A stretch of 63,460 nt of DNA from an uncultured Dehalococcoidia bacterium (GTDB taxonomy: Bacteria > Chloroflexota > Dehalococcoidia > SM23-28-2), in contig CAZEJO010000001.1 in NCBI GenBank assembly GCA_964512285.1, positions 45,784 to 109,243 of the forward strand, read 5' to 3'. Of the stretch, positions 9,877 through 19,798 are shown in pieces; within the stretch, counting starts at the first letter, position 1; each line of letters begins with the position of its first letter. The position numbers and the translations under genes were made by a program. Under the pieces are notes generated by a model. The model was not told the origin of the DNA. It made no database searches and saw only the letters and a list, made by a program, of their open reading frames with translations.

Positions 9877-11163
9877 TCAGCGTCTCCTGGGAGCGGGGAA
9901 CAGTTGGGACGGCCCCGCTGATTCTTCCTGTTGCACTGGCACCGGCCACCTGGCCGCCTCCTTGGCTGCCGGTGTCCCCGGCGCAATGCCGATCTCCTCG
10001 TCGGTCAGGTAGCAGGCGGGGTCAGGAGCCAGGGAATCGCCGAAGTAGCGCTCGGCCCGCACCCGCAGGTTACCGTTGCACACGTCCAGCCACTTGCAGA
10101 CCCGGCAGCGCCCCTTGAGGTGGGGCTTGCGGTCCTTCAGCACGCGCATCACTGGATCGCTGGTATCGCTCCAGATTTCGGCGAAGGGGCGCTGGCGCAC
10201 GTCCCCCAGCGAGTGATGCCAGGAGAACTGGTCGACGTGGAGGTGCCCCAGCGGATCGATGCTGGAGACGGCGATCCCCGACTGGTTCCCGCCATTCCAG
10301 CGCAGCATCTGGCGGACCTCCTCCGCCCGCTGGGGCTGCTCCTTCAGCACCTGCATGTAGAGGTAGGCGCTATCGGCGTGGTTGTCCACGGTGAGGATGT
10401 CCTTCTCGATACCGCGCGCGTGGAGGTCTTGGGAGCGCTGGAAGATGTAGTCCACCACCGCCCGTGTCTGGTGGGGCTCCAGGTCGAAGCGGCGCATCTT
10501 GTCCCCTCGTCCGGCGTAGGCGAGGTGATAGACGCAGATGCGGGGGATTCTCTCCTCCTCCGCCAGGTCGAATATGCCTGGCAGCTCGTTGACATTCATT
10601 GCGTGGACTGTGAAGCGCAGGCCGACGGCGATGTCCGTATCCTGGCAGTAGCGAATGCCCTGCAAGGCCTGCTCGAAGGCCCCCTTCTTGCCGCGGATCT
10701 TGTCGTGCGTTGCTCCCACGCCGTCCAGGCTGACCCCCACGTACGATAGGCCTGCCTCCCTGATCCGCTTTGCCACCTCGGGTGTGATCAGGGTGCCGTT
10801 GGTAGAGAGGACGCAGCGAATTCCCTTGCCCGCGGCGTAGGTTGCCAACTCGAACAGATCATCCCGCAGGAGGGGCTCGCCGCCGGAGAAGAGGAGGACG
10901 GGCACCGCGAAGTCGGCCAGGTCGTCGATCAGCCGCTTGCCCTCGGCCGTGGTCATCTCTCCTGATTGGGGCTTGTCCGTGGCGTCGGCGTAGCAGTGGG
11001 CGCAGTACAGGTTGCAGCGACGGGTCAGGTTCCAGACCACGATGGGCTTCTTGTCCTGCGAGTAGTGGAGCAGGTGAGATGGCCCCTCGGACGTTAGGCG
11101 TCCGTAGCGCAGGGGGTCGCCGGGGGTGACCGTGCCGCTCAGCAGTCGGGAGACAGAGAGCAT
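9877..11163 (-). CDS. ahbC: Radical SAM enzyme of the NirJ/Ahb family, probably AhbC (didecarboxysiroheme deacetylase)
   Basis: The start was set at ATG 11163, which overlaps the upstream stop (ATGA). The longer ORF-track N-terminus is Arg-rich shadow. Motifs are CNLYCAHC and a C-terminal [10 protein letters not shown]. The AhbC versus AhbD assignment rests on size and order only. Confidence 0.7.
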   Translation of the reverse strand: MLSVSRLLSGTVTPGDPLRYGRLTSEGPSHLLHYSQDKKPIVVWNLTRRCNLYCAHCYADATDKPQSGEMTTAEGKRLIDDLADFAVPVLLFSGGEPLLRDDLFELATYAAGKGIRCVLSTNGTLITPEVAKRIREAGLSYVGVSLDGVGATHDKIRGKKGAFEQALQGIRYCQDTDIAVGLRFTVHAMNVNELPGIFDLAEEERIPRICVYHLAYAGRGDKMRRFDLEPHQTRAVVDYIFQRSQDLHARGIEKDILTVDNHADSAYLYMQVLKEQPQRAEEVRQMLRWNGGNQSGIAVSSIDPLGHLHVDQFSWHHSLGDVRQRPFAEIWSDTSDPVMRVLKDRKPHLKGRCRVCKWLDVCNGNLRVRAERYFGDSLAPDPACYLTDEEIGIAPGTPAAKEAARWPVPVQQEESAGPSQLFPAPRRR

Positions 11164-12263
11164 CAGCCGCTCTCCTTCAAGCGGGCCGCTTGTGGCAGAG
11201 GCGGTGGCTCGTAGACGCAGAAGGGCTCTTCGTCCAGATAGTTGCCGCTCGTGCCGTATGCTCGCGCCCGGCAGCCGCCGCAGACGCGCTTGAATTCGCA
11301 GCGGCCGCACTTGCCCTGAAGAAGCTCGGGGTCTCGCAATTCGCTGAAGACCTTCGCCCCTTCCCAGATCTCCTGCAGCGGCTGCTCCCGCACGCTCCCC
11401 GCTACCAGCGGCAGGTAGCCGCAGGGGAAGACCTCGCCCTTGTGCGAGATGAAGCAGACGCCGGTTCCAGCCAGGCATCCCTTAGTCATCGCGTAGAGGT
11501 CGCTGGCTCGCTGGCGCTTCTGGCTGGGCGGCGCTTGTCGCTTCTCCGCCGCCGTCCGCTGGCGGATGATGCGGAAGTAGTGGGGGGCGCAGGTGGCTTT
11601 CAGTTCCAGCAGGCCTTCCTGATCCCTGTCGTAGAACCAGTTGAGCACCTCCTCGTACTGCTGGGGGGAGATCATCTGCTCGTCGGCGATCTCCACGCCG
11701 CAGCCCACGGGCACTAGGAGGAAGATGTGGAGGGCATCGGCTTCCAGGGAGAGGGCCAGGTCTAGAATCTGGGGCAGTTCATCGACGTTGTGGCGGGCCA
11801 CGGTGGTATTGACCTGCACGCTCATCCCCAGTGCCCGCAGGTGGCGGATGCCCTCCAGCGCTTGAGCAAAGGAGCCGGGGAGAGCGCGGAAGGCGTCGTG
11901 CGTCTCTGCGGTGGCTCCGTCCAGGCTGACCGCCACCCGCCGAATGCCCGCATCCACAATGCGTTGCGCCATTGGCGCATCGATGAGGGTGCCGTTGGTC
12001 GCCAGGGCGACGCGCAAGCCCTTGGCCACGGCGTACTCGGCGATCTCGAAGATGTCGGGTCGGATGAGAGGCTCGCCGCCTGAGAGGATAAGAATAGGAT
12101 TGCAGAAGGCCACGATCTGGTCGATGAGCTGCTTCGATTCGGCGGTGGTCAGGTCCTCCGGCACCAGCTTGTCGGCCACGTCGATGCGGCGGCAGTGGAT
12201 GCAGCGCAGGTTGCAGCCTGCGGTTGTCTCCCAGAAGATGAGACGGGGCAAGAATTCCGGCAT
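11163..12263 (-). CDS. ahbD: Radical SAM/SPASM enzyme of the NirJ/Ahb family, probably AhbD (heme b synthase)
   Basis: 366 aa with CNLRCIHC and a C-terminal CGRCEFKRVCGGC auxiliary-cluster motif. Confidence 0.7.
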   Translation of the reverse strand: MPEFLPRLIFWETTAGCNLRCIHCRRIDVADKLVPEDLTTAESKQLIDQIVAFCNPILILSGGEPLIRPDIFEIAEYAVAKGLRVALATNGTLIDAPMAQRIVDAGIRRVAVSLDGATAETHDAFRALPGSFAQALEGIRHLRALGMSVQVNTTVARHNVDELPQILDLALSLEADALHIFLLVPVGCGVEIADEQMISPQQYEEVLNWFYDRDQEGLLELKATCAPHYFRIIRQRTAAEKRQAPPSQKRQRASDLYAMTKGCLAGTGVCFISHKGEVFPCGYLPLVAGSVREQPLQEIWEGAKVFSELRDPELLQGKCGRCEFKRVCGGCRARAYGTSGNYLDEEPFCVYEPPPLPQAARLKESG

Positions 12264-12273
12264 TATCCTCCCT

Positions 12274-13251
12274 TCACTCAGCCAGCCAGCGGGCGACGTC
12301 TTTGGCGAAGTAGGTGAGGATCATGTCTGCCCCCGCCCGTTTGATAGCGGTGAGAAGCTCAAGAGTCACCCGCCTCTCGTCGATCCAGCCGCGCTGGGCT
12401 GCCGCCTTGACCATGGCGTACTCGCCGCTGACGCTGAATGCGGCCAGGGGGTGATCGAAGGCCTCGCGCACTTGGCGGATGACGTCCAGGTAGGGCAGGG
12501 CAGGCTTGACCATCACTATGTCCGCCCCTTCCTCGATGTCCAGAGCGACCTCCCTCAGAGCCTCGCGGGCGTTAGCCGGATCCATCTGATAGCCCTGACG
12601 GTCGCCGAACTGGGGGGTCGACTCAGCCGCCTCGCGGAAGGGGCCGTAGAAGGCGGAGGCGTACTTGGCGGCGTAGGAGAGGATGGCCACCTGGGTGAAG
12701 TCGGCCGCATCCAGCGCCGAGCGGATGGCGGCCACCTGGCCGTCCATCATCGCGCTGGGGGCCACCACGTCGGCGCCGGCGGCGGCGTGAGAGACAGCCA
12801 CCCGCGCCAGGACCTCCAGCGTCTCGTCGTTGAGCACGCGGTCGTCCTCCACGACGCCGCAGTGGCCGTGGTCGGTATACTGGCACATGCAGACATCGGT
12901 GATCACCGCGAGCTCCGGCACAGCGCTCTTGATGGTTCGGATCGCCTGTTGGACGATGCCGTGCTGGTCGAAGTTCTCGCTGCCGATGGCGTCCTTGACG
13001 GAGGGGATGCCGAAGAGGATCACCCCTGGGATGCCCAGGCGGGCGACCTCCTCCGCCTCGGCTGGGAGAAGGTCGAGCGACCAGTGGTAGGTGCCGGGCA
13101 TGGAGTCGATCTCCTCCCTGATCCCTTGGCCGTGAACGATGAACAGTGGGTAGATGAGGCTGTCAGCGGCAAGGCGAGTCTCCCGCACCAGGCGGCGCAG
13201 GTTATCGAGTCGCCGCAGGCGGCGGGGGCGGTGAAGAAGCGCAGCCGCCAT
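12274..13251 (-). CDS. hemB: Porphobilinogen synthase (ALA dehydratase)
   Basis: The N-terminus [19 protein letters not shown] matches the HemB start. SD GGAGGAGG lies 8 nt upstream of ATG 13251, so the ORF-track start at 13347 is probably too long. Confidence 0.9.
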   Translation of the reverse strand: MAAALLHRPRRLRRLDNLRRLVRETRLAADSLIYPLFIVHGQGIREEIDSMPGTYHWSLDLLPAEAEEVARLGIPGVILFGIPSVKDAIGSENFDQHGIVQQAIRTIKSAVPELAVITDVCMCQYTDHGHCGVVEDDRVLNDETLEVLARVAVSHAAAGADVVAPSAMMDGQVAAIRSALDAADFTQVAILSYAAKYASAFYGPFREAAESTPQFGDRQGYQMDPANAREALREVALDIEEGADIVMVKPALPYLDVIRQVREAFDHPLAAFSVSGEYAMVKAAAQRGWIDERRVTLELLTAIKRAGADMILTYFAKDVARWLAE

Positions 13252-13303
13252 CTCTTCGGCCTCCTCCGTCTCTCTGCGAAGCCGTAGCCTGTTAACGGTC
13301 TGC

Positions 13304-14839
13304 TCAGCGCTCATCATCTGGCTCTCTTTCAGCCACAGCGGTGACAATAGCCTCCACCAGCCCGGGGATCGTGTGCTCCTTGGCCACCACGTCCACGCGG
13401 ATGCCCAGACGCTTCGCTGTCCTGGCGGTGACCGGCCCGATGCAGGCCACCAGGCAGCGTGACAATACGGTGGCGGGTGTCGGGCCTGGGAGGTTGGCTA
13501 CGAGATTCCGTACCGTCGATGAGCTGGTGAAGGTGACGATATCGATCTGTCCGTCCTCAAACAGAGCTTTCAGTTCGTCCGGCGCGCCGACGGCCAGCGT
13601 TCGGTAGGCGGTGACCTCATCGACCGTTGCTCCCTTGCCTCGCAGGGCCTTTGCCAGGTGCTTCGGCGCCCGCTCGGCCCGAGGGAGAAGGATGCGTTGG
13701 CCTGCCACGTCGCCGATGCCGGTCGCGATCTCTTCCGCCAGGTAGACCTGGGGCATGTAGTCGACCCGGAGACCGTATCGCTGGAGGGCCTGGGCGGTGG
13801 CCGGGCCGATGGCGGCGATTCTCGGTCTCTCCTGAACCTCGATATCCATTCCCTTTTCGCTCATTCTGGCCAGAAGGGCGCGCACTCCGTTGGCGCTGGT
13901 GAAGACCAGCCAGTCGTAGGCGGAAAGCGTGGCGATGGCCTGGTCCAGCGGGGTCATGTCCTTGGGCGGGGCGATCTCGATGGCGGGGTACTCCAGTGGC
14001 TCCGCCCCCAGCTCCCGCAATCGCTCGGAGAGAGCGCTCGCTTGCTCCCGCGAGCGGGTGACCAGAATCCGCTTGCCGAAGAGTGGCTTTGTATCGAACC
14101 AGCGCAGCTTCTCCCGCAGAGCCACCACGTCGCCAACGACCGTCACGGCTGGTGGCTTGATGTCAGCCTCTCGCGCTTTGTTCACGATGTCGGTCAGGGT
14201 GCCGGTCACCGTCTTCTGGCGCGCTTCTGTTCCCTCCTGGACGATGGCTACCGGCGTGCGGGGGTCTCGCCCGTGCTCGATCAGCTTGGCCACGATCTTG
14301 GGCAGATTGCCGACGCCCATAAGGATGACCAGCGTGCCCACGCCCGTGGCCAGCTTCTGCCAGTCGAGGCTGGAGTCGGCCTTGGTGGGGTCCTCGTGGC
14401 CGGTGACCACGGCGAAGGAGCTGGTCTGATCACGATGGGTGACGGGTATGCCGGCGTAGGCCGGGGCGGCGATGGCGCTGGTCACTCCCGGCACTACCTC
14501 GAAGGGCACCCCCGCCTCCGCCAGGGCTTCCGCCTCCTCGCCACCGCGGCCAAAGAGGAAGGGGTCGCCTCCTTTCAGGCGCACCACGATCTTGCCGGCG
14601 AGTGCCTTTTCCACCAGGAGGGCGTTGATCGCCTCCTGAGGGAGGGTGTGCCGCTTGGGGCTCTTCCCAACGTTGATCATTTCGCATCCCTGAGGGGCCT
14701 GTCTGAGCAGGGCTGGGCTGACCAGGCGGTCGTAAACGATCACATCGGCCTTCTGGAGGCAGGCCAAGCCCTTCACCGTGATCAGCCCCGGGTCGCCAGG
14801 GCCAGCTCCCACCAGATAGACCAGACCCTTACTGCACAC
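13304..14839 (-). CDS. cobA-hemD: Fused uroporphyrinogen-III C-methyltransferase / uroporphyrinogen-III synthase
   Basis: The N-terminus [31 protein letters not shown] is SUMT. The C-terminal ~250 aa ([13 protein letters not shown]..) is HemD-like. GTG start. Confidence 0.9.
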   Translation of the reverse strand: MCSKGLVYLVGAGPGDPGLITVKGLACLQKADVIVYDRLVSPALLRQAPQGCEMINVGKSPKRHTLPQEAINALLVEKALAGKIVVRLKGGDPFLFGRGGEEAEALAEAGVPFEVVPGVTSAIAAPAYAGIPVTHRDQTSSFAVVTGHEDPTKADSSLDWQKLATGVGTLVILMGVGNLPKIVAKLIEHGRDPRTPVAIVQEGTEARQKTVTGTLTDIVNKAREADIKPPAVTVVGDVVALREKLRWFDTKPLFGKRILVTRSREQASALSERLRELGAEPLEYPAIEIAPPKDMTPLDQAIATLSAYDWLVFTSANGVRALLARMSEKGMDIEVQERPRIAAIGPATAQALQRYGLRVDYMPQVYLAEEIATGIGDVAGQRILLPRAERAPKHLAKALRGKGATVDEVTAYRTLAVGAPDELKALFEDGQIDIVTFTSSSTVRNLVANLPGPTPATVLSRCLVACIGPVTARTAKRLGIRVDVVAKEHTIPGLVEAIVTAVAEREPDDER

Positions 14840-15770
14840 CTGTGACCTCGCGCAGAATCTGGGCGGCGCCCTGGCTCAGCAGCTTGTCTGCCAGACGTCG
14901 ACCGATTTCCTCGGCTTGACGAGGAGAACCGCTCAGGCTGTCGCTGATCAGCCTTGTGCCGTCTGGGTCTGTCACCATGCCCTGGAGACTCAGGCGCCCA
15001 TCGGATACTGTCGCATGAGCGGCGACGGGCACGGCGCAGCCACCCCCCAGGGCGGCGAGAAAGGCTCGCTCGGCTCTGACGGCTCTCTCAGTGGGGGAGT
15101 GATTCAATGGCTGGATCAGCTCTGTCACCTCTTCGTCGTTCTCCCTCACCTCGACTGCCAGGGCTCCCTGCCCCACGGCGGGCAGCATAAGCGCCAGGGG
15201 CAAATACTGGCTGATGGCCGAGGTGCGGCGCAGACGTATGAGCGCGGCCGCAGCTAGAATCAAGGCGTCATAGCCTCCGCTCTTCAGCTTCCTCAGGCGG
15301 GTGTCGGCGTTGCCCCGGACGTTCTGGATCACCAGATCGCTACGATGGGCCAGAAGCTGAGCACGCCTGCGGATGCTTCCGGTTCCAACGACGGCCCCCG
15401 CTGGCAGATCGTCCAGGGTTGGGCTGCGGCGCGAGACCAGCGCGTCCCTTGCGTCCTCACGGCGGAGGACGGCTCCTATCTTCAGGCCCGCTGCAAGTTG
15501 TGTCGGCATGTCCTTCAGGCTATGCACGGCCAGGTCGATCTCGCGAGCCAGGAGCTTCTCCTCGAGCGCCTTGACGAAAACACCCTGGCCGCCGATGGTG
15601 GCCAGGCTAGCATTGAGCTGGACATCGCCCTCGCTTCGTATTTCCCGCAGCAGCCAAGCTCTGTCTGGGTGGAAGGAAGAAAGCATCTCTCGCACTGTCT
15701 CGGCCTGTATCCTAGCTAGTCGGCTGCCGCGCGTGCCGATGAGCAGGGTGTGCCGGCTTGCCGTCAACAT
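14829..15770 (-). CDS. hemC: Hydroxymethylbilane synthase (porphobilinogen deaminase)
   Basis: The start was set at the internal ATG (MLTASRHTLLIGTRGSRLARIQ). The cofactor Cys lies in GGGCAVPVAAHA. Confidence 0.9.
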   Translation of the reverse strand: MLTASRHTLLIGTRGSRLARIQAETVREMLSSFHPDRAWLLREIRSEGDVQLNASLATIGGQGVFVKALEEKLLAREIDLAVHSLKDMPTQLAAGLKIGAVLRREDARDALVSRRSPTLDDLPAGAVVGTGSIRRRAQLLAHRSDLVIQNVRGNADTRLRKLKSGGYDALILAAAALIRLRRTSAISQYLPLALMLPAVGQGALAVEVRENDEEVTELIQPLNHSPTERAVRAERAFLAALGGGCAVPVAAHATVSDGRLSLQGMVTDPDGTRLISDSLSGSPRQAEEIGRRLADKLLSQGAAQILREVTGVQ

Positions 15771-15783
15771 TTCTCCTCGACCG

Positions 15784-17094
15784 TCACGCTTCGCTCTGCT
15801 CGTCCTGGCTTTGCGGGTCCTCCAGGGCGAAGAGCTCCCGAATCGCCATCGCGTAGAGGCGGCCGTCCTGGCCATTGGCCCGCCCTTTGAGATTAATGAT
15901 GGGAGGATGAAGTAGCTTGTTCACGATGCCCAGCGAGAGGGCTTCGACGATCGACATCTGCTGCTCGGAGAGGGGACCCAGCCTGCGCAGGGCCTTCCGC
16001 AGTTCCGCCAGGCGGATGTCCTCGGCTCGCCCCCTCAGGCTGGTGATGGTGGGCAGCACCTCCAGGGCCCTGAACCAGGCCATGAAGTCCGCCTGCTCCT
16101 TCTGGATGATTGCTCTCACCTTGGGGATCTCACGTCTGCGGCGCTCCAGGTTTGCTTCCACCACCTTCTCCAGATCGTCGATGTCGTAAAGGTAGACGTT
16201 GTCGATGCGGCCGACCTCGGGCTCCACATCACGCGGCACGGCAATGTCGACCAGCAAGAGGGGACGCTGGTGGCGCAGGGCCATGGCCTGTTCTACCGCC
16301 TGGGCGCGGATCACTGGATGGGGTGCTGCTGTGGAGCTGATGACGATGTCGGCGGAGCAGAGAGCCTGGCCGATGCGCCCGGCAGCCAGCACGCGTCCTC
16401 CGCACTGGCGAGCGATAGCCTCGGCCTTGCGCCGGGTGCGGTTGATGACGCTGATCTCACCGATGCCGCTTTCCATGAGGTTTTTCAGGGTTGACTCGCT
16501 GGTCTTTCCCGCACCCACTACCAGGGCCCGGCAGCTGCCAAGGTCTTCGAAGATCTTCTTGGCTAGCTCCACCGCCGCGTAGCTGATGGAGATGGCATCG
16601 CGGCCGATGGTGGTCTCAGTGCGGGCTCGCTTGCCCACGGTGATGCTCTTGCGAAACAACCTCGCCAGCACCGGCCCTATCGCCTTGGTGGCGCTGGCAA
16701 GACTGTAGGCTTCTCGTACCTGGCCCAGGATCTCGTTTTCCCCCACGATCATCGAGTCGATCCCTGCCGCCACGCTGAACAGGTGGCCCACCGCTGCCTC
16801 GTCTTCATAGGTGTAAAGGGGGCTTTCAAACTGGGTTGGGGGCAAGCCCTGGTGCTCGCTCAGGAAACGCAGCATATGGTCGCGCCCTCTGGCTGCATCC
16901 TCGGCCAGGGCATAGATTTCGGTGCGGTTGCAGGTGGAGAGGATGACGCCCTCTCGAAGAGCGCTATCCTGGCCAGCGCGACATTCCGCCAGGGCGGAAA
17001 GGGCCTGGCGGAGATGGCTGCCGGTGAAGGCCAGCCTCTCGCGCACCTCAACCGGGGCCGTCTTGTGGTTCAGGCCGATCGCCAGGATATTCAT
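15784..17094 (-). CDS. hemA: Glutamyl-tRNA reductase
   Basis: MNILAIGLNHKTAPVEVRE..STCNRTEIY..VVGAGKTSE. The start overlaps the sirC stop (ATGA). Confidence 0.95.
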   Translation of the reverse strand: MNILAIGLNHKTAPVEVRERLAFTGSHLRQALSALAECRAGQDSALREGVILSTCNRTEIYALAEDAARGRDHMLRFLSEHQGLPPTQFESPLYTYEDEAAVGHLFSVAAGIDSMIVGENEILGQVREAYSLASATKAIGPVLARLFRKSITVGKRARTETTIGRDAISISYAAVELAKKIFEDLGSCRALVVGAGKTSESTLKNLMESGIGEISVINRTRRKAEAIARQCGGRVLAAGRIGQALCSADIVISSTAAPHPVIRAQAVEQAMALRHQRPLLLVDIAVPRDVEPEVGRIDNVYLYDIDDLEKVVEANLERRRREIPKVRAIIQKEQADFMAWFRALEVLPTITSLRGRAEDIRLAELRKALRRLGPLSEQQMSIVEALSLGIVNKLLHPPIINLKGRANGQDGRLYAMAIRELFALEDPQSQDEQSEA

Positions 17095-17786
17095 CGCTGG
17101 TCTCCTGAGGGGGACGGCATTTTCCGCCGCCTGCCGCCCTTTGCCTTCAGGACATGAGCGGCGAGGATGTCGTTTGCCAGCCGTTCCGCCTCTCGCCGCT
17201 TTCCCCCCTTGAGCAAGGCCAATAGTTCTGAGTCGGTCAGGGCGTACCAGAAGCGGGAGCGGGCCCGGCCCGAAAGCTCTCTGCCGACGCGGTCTCTGAG
17301 AGCTCCCGCTATCTCGAGGAAAGCGGCATATTCGCGGCCAAAGCGGGGCTCAAGTTCCTGGCGTAGGCGAGCCGAAAGGGCGGGGTCTTGCCCGCCAGTG
17401 GAGATGCTGATCGTCAGGTCGCCCCTTCGCACCACAGATGGCACGAAAAAGTTGCAGCGATGGGGATCGTCAACCACGTTGATCAGAAGGCTTCTCTCCT
17501 GGGCCTCTTGCCATACGTCTCTATTCACATCTGGGTCGCCCGTCGCCGCGATGACAACAAAGGCGCCCTCCAGGTCTCCCTGTCGGTAATCTCGAGGGCG
17601 GTGTTCGATCCGCTTCGCTTGCAGGAGCGCGCGCAGCCTTTGAGTCAGGCGAGGGCTGATCACCACTACTCGCTCCGCGCCCGCCTCCAAAAGGGACTCC
17701 AGCTTACGCTGCGCTACCTCGCCTCCTCCCACCACGATGCAGCGTCTGTCTGCCAGGCCAACCAGATTGATGGGATATGATCTCAA
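17091..17786 (-). CDS. sirC: Precorrin-2 dehydrogenase (SirC/Met8/CysG-N family; possibly also the sirohydrochlorin ferrochelatase)
   Basis: Rossmann motif CIVVGGGEVAQRKLESLLEAGAERVVVISP. TTG start. First gene of the heme operon. Confidence 0.8.
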   Translation of the reverse strand: MRSYPINLVGLADRRCIVVGGGEVAQRKLESLLEAGAERVVVISPRLTQRLRALLQAKRIEHRPRDYRQGDLEGAFVVIAATGDPDVNRDVWQEAQERSLLINVVDDPHRCNFFVPSVVRRGDLTISISTGGQDPALSARLRQELEPRFGREYAAFLEIAGALRDRVGRELSGRARSRFWYALTDSELLALLKGGKRREAERLANDILAAHVLKAKGGRRRKMPSPSGDQR

Positions 17787-18012
17787 GAGAATTTCGTCCC
17801 TTGCGCTTGTGGGAATCGTTTGTCCTAACTTGCTACCAATACCAGCCTATCATCGCGAAAGCGGTGTTTATAGGGGGAAAGCCGGAAATTTCCTAAAAAA
17901 TCTCTTGGAAATTGCTACCGAGTCTCACCAAATCTTCCATTTCGTAGCGATGGACAGCATCCGGTGGTCGCTTCGGGGGTGCTCTTCGTGGAAGCGTGCT
18001 CTAGAATGAATC

Positions 18013-18957
18013 GTGGGGAGATGCAGTGCCGTGCCGTATGAATTGCCGCCCATCAGGCCTCCCAGCGAGGCCTATTCTCTGCTGATAAGGGTCATGAGGG
18101 GATGTCCCTGGAATTACTGCACGTTCTGTGCGGTCTACAAGGGTTATCCCCGCAAGGACATCATCCGTTCGGTTGCTGAGGTAAAGGGCGACATAGATGA
18201 GCTAAGGGCGACCATAGACCATCTGCACCTCCAGGGACACAAGGGCGAGCCGACGACGGCGTTCCTGGCAGACTCCAACGCCATCGTGATCAAGACGGAC
18301 GGCCTGGCTGAGATAGTCCGCTATTTGTATGAGGTATTCCCATCGCTGGAGCGAGTCACGTCCTACGGACGGGCGAAGACCGTTCTGAGCAAGAAGCCGG
18401 ACGAACTGAGACGATTGAAAGAGGTCGGCCTCACCAGGTTGCACCTGGGCTTGGAGACTGGCGACGATGAGGTGCTGAGGCGGGTGAAGAAGGGGGCAAC
18501 CGCGCAGGAGATGATAGAGGCAGGCAAGAAGGCCAAGGAAGCGGGATTTGAGCTGTCTGAGTATGTGATGCCCGGCCTGGGAGGCAAGGGCGCGTCGCGA
18601 CAGCACGTGCAGGGAACGGCGAGGGTGCTGAACGCCGTCGATCCGCACTACATCAGGATGCGGTCCCTTATGCTCACCCCCGGCACGCCGTTGTGGGACG
18701 AATATACGGCAGGGAAGTTTGAACCGCTATCGCCCTACGAGATCGTGGCGGAGATCGGCGCTCTGATCGAGGGCCTGGACGTGACCTCTAGGGTCTGTTT
18801 CGATCACGTCTCCAACCCACCGATATTCAGGCAGGACTGGGAAGGGTACAAGTTCCCGGAGGAGAAGGCAGCCGTTCTCGATCTCGTGGAGCGCGCGCTC
18901 AAGTTGGCGAGACAGCAGGGGCAGGGAGCAGGGGCGTCGGCGAGAGAGTGCGATTGA
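18013..18957 (+). CDS. Radical SAM-family protein with atypical Cys spacing
   Basis: IRPPSEAYSLLIRVMRGCPWNYCTFCAVYKG. The cysteines at nt 18103, 18118 and 18127 are spaced CX4CX2C. The rest is TIM-barrel-like (GLETGDDEVL). Confidence 0.65.
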   Translation: MGRCSAVPYELPPIRPPSEAYSLLIRVMRGCPWNYCTFCAVYKGYPRKDIIRSVAEVKGDIDELRATIDHLHLQGHKGEPTTAFLADSNAIVIKTDGLAEIVRYLYEVFPSLERVTSYGRAKTVLSKKPDELRRLKEVGLTRLHLGLETGDDEVLRRVKKGATAQEMIEAGKKAKEAGFELSEYVMPGLGGKGASRQHVQGTARVLNAVDPHYIRMRSLMLTPGTPLWDEYTAGKFEPLSPYEIVAEIGALIEGLDVTSRVCFDHVSNPPIFRQDWEGYKFPEEKAAVLDLVERALKLARQQGQGAGASARECD

Positions 18958-18967
18958 TGCTGGCGGC

Positions 18968-19798
18968 CTATGCTGTCCTGGCTGCCTCCGCCAGGAAGGC
19001 CTGCGCCCGCTCGCGAAGGCGCTCTCGCTGGGCAGGCGTCATGCGACGGTAGGAGGTCGCGACTGCCACGTTTTCCTCCACCTCCCGGGGGAAACGCATC
19101 CCTGGGATCGCCACCGACAGGTACCGATTGGATAGAGCGTAGTGGAGGAGCGTTCTGGCATTCAAGAACCTGCTATGACGAGAGGTCTTAAGCCATCCAA
19201 GCATCCCGAAGCCGCCAAGCGGCTTCATGGCGATGACGCCGATATCTCGCTCCTGCGCCAGGCGGACGAGGGCTTCTCCTGCCGTCTCGAAGGGGCTGTA
19301 CTTCGTCTGAATGGTGTCGAACTCCTGGCTCTCCACTGCCCGGCGCAGAACCTCTACTGCGTGGCTGGAAATGCCTATGTAGTCCACAAGCCCGCCGTCG
19401 CGCGCCTCCTTGAGCCCCGCCAGAGCGCCGCCTTTGGCCATAACCTGCTCCCAGGCTTCCTCTCCCACGCTGTTTAGCTGGTAGATGGCCACTTTTGGCA
19501 GGCCGAGGTGGTTAAGGCTTCCCTCCAGCTCGGCCAAGGCGCCATCCCTTGAGCGCTTGAGGGTCTTGCTCGCCACGTGCACGCCGCCGTCCTGTCCCAA
19601 TCTCTGGAGCGCTCTCCCGATGAGGTGCTCGCTGCCCTTGTAGCATCGCCCTGTCTCCACGAAGTTGATGCCCAAGGAGAAGGCCCTGAGCAGCGTCTCC
19701 TCGCCCTCGGGGACGTCAGCCACGCTCGCTGCCCCGAAGCCGACCTCCGTGACCAGCAGGCCGGTTCTACCCAGCCGTCTTGTGCGCAATCGGGTCAT
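18968..19798 (-). CDS. Aldo/keto reductase
   Basis: The start was set at ATG 19798 (MTRLRTRRLGRTGLLVTEVGFGA), which overlaps the ClC stop as ATGA. Confidence 0.85.
   Translation of the reverse strand: MTRLRTRRLGRTGLLVTEVGFGAASVADVPEGEETLLRAFSLGINFVETGRCYKGSEHLIGRALQRLGQDGGVHVASKTLKRSRDGALAELEGSLNHLGLPKVAIYQLNSVGEEAWEQVMAKGGALAGLKEARDGGLVDYIGISSHAVEVLRRAVESQEFDTIQTKYSPFETAGEALVRLAQERDIGVIAMKPLGGFGMLGWLKTSRHSRFLNARTLLHYALSNRYLSVAIPGMRFPREVEENVAVATSYRRMTPAQRERLRERAQAFLAEAARTA

Noticed and set aside
9877-11478. N-terminal extensions of ORF-track calls (9877..11478, 54809..56521, 60447..61919, 14829..15875, 40194..42518)
   Set aside because: The extra N-terminal residues are Arg/Pro/Gly-rich and overlap the upstream gene. 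Internal starts with SD sequences, stop/start overlaps and family-typical N-termini fit better.
11911-14845. Long plus-strand ORFs (11911..13287, 13658..14845) across hemB and cobA/hemD
   Set aside because: They are antisense to genes with unmistakable HemB and CobA/HemD signatures, and their composition is shadow-ORF-like.
17737-18957. Selenoprotein candidate: an in-frame TGA (18007-18009) two codons upstream of the radical SAM start, prompted by selA being in the window
   Set aside because: The upstream in-frame ORF (17737..18009) crosses the AT-rich promoter region and has no protein-like or radical SAM-like sequence. I saw no SECIS-like hairpin after the TGA, and no other split ORF pair in the window suggests UGA read-through.
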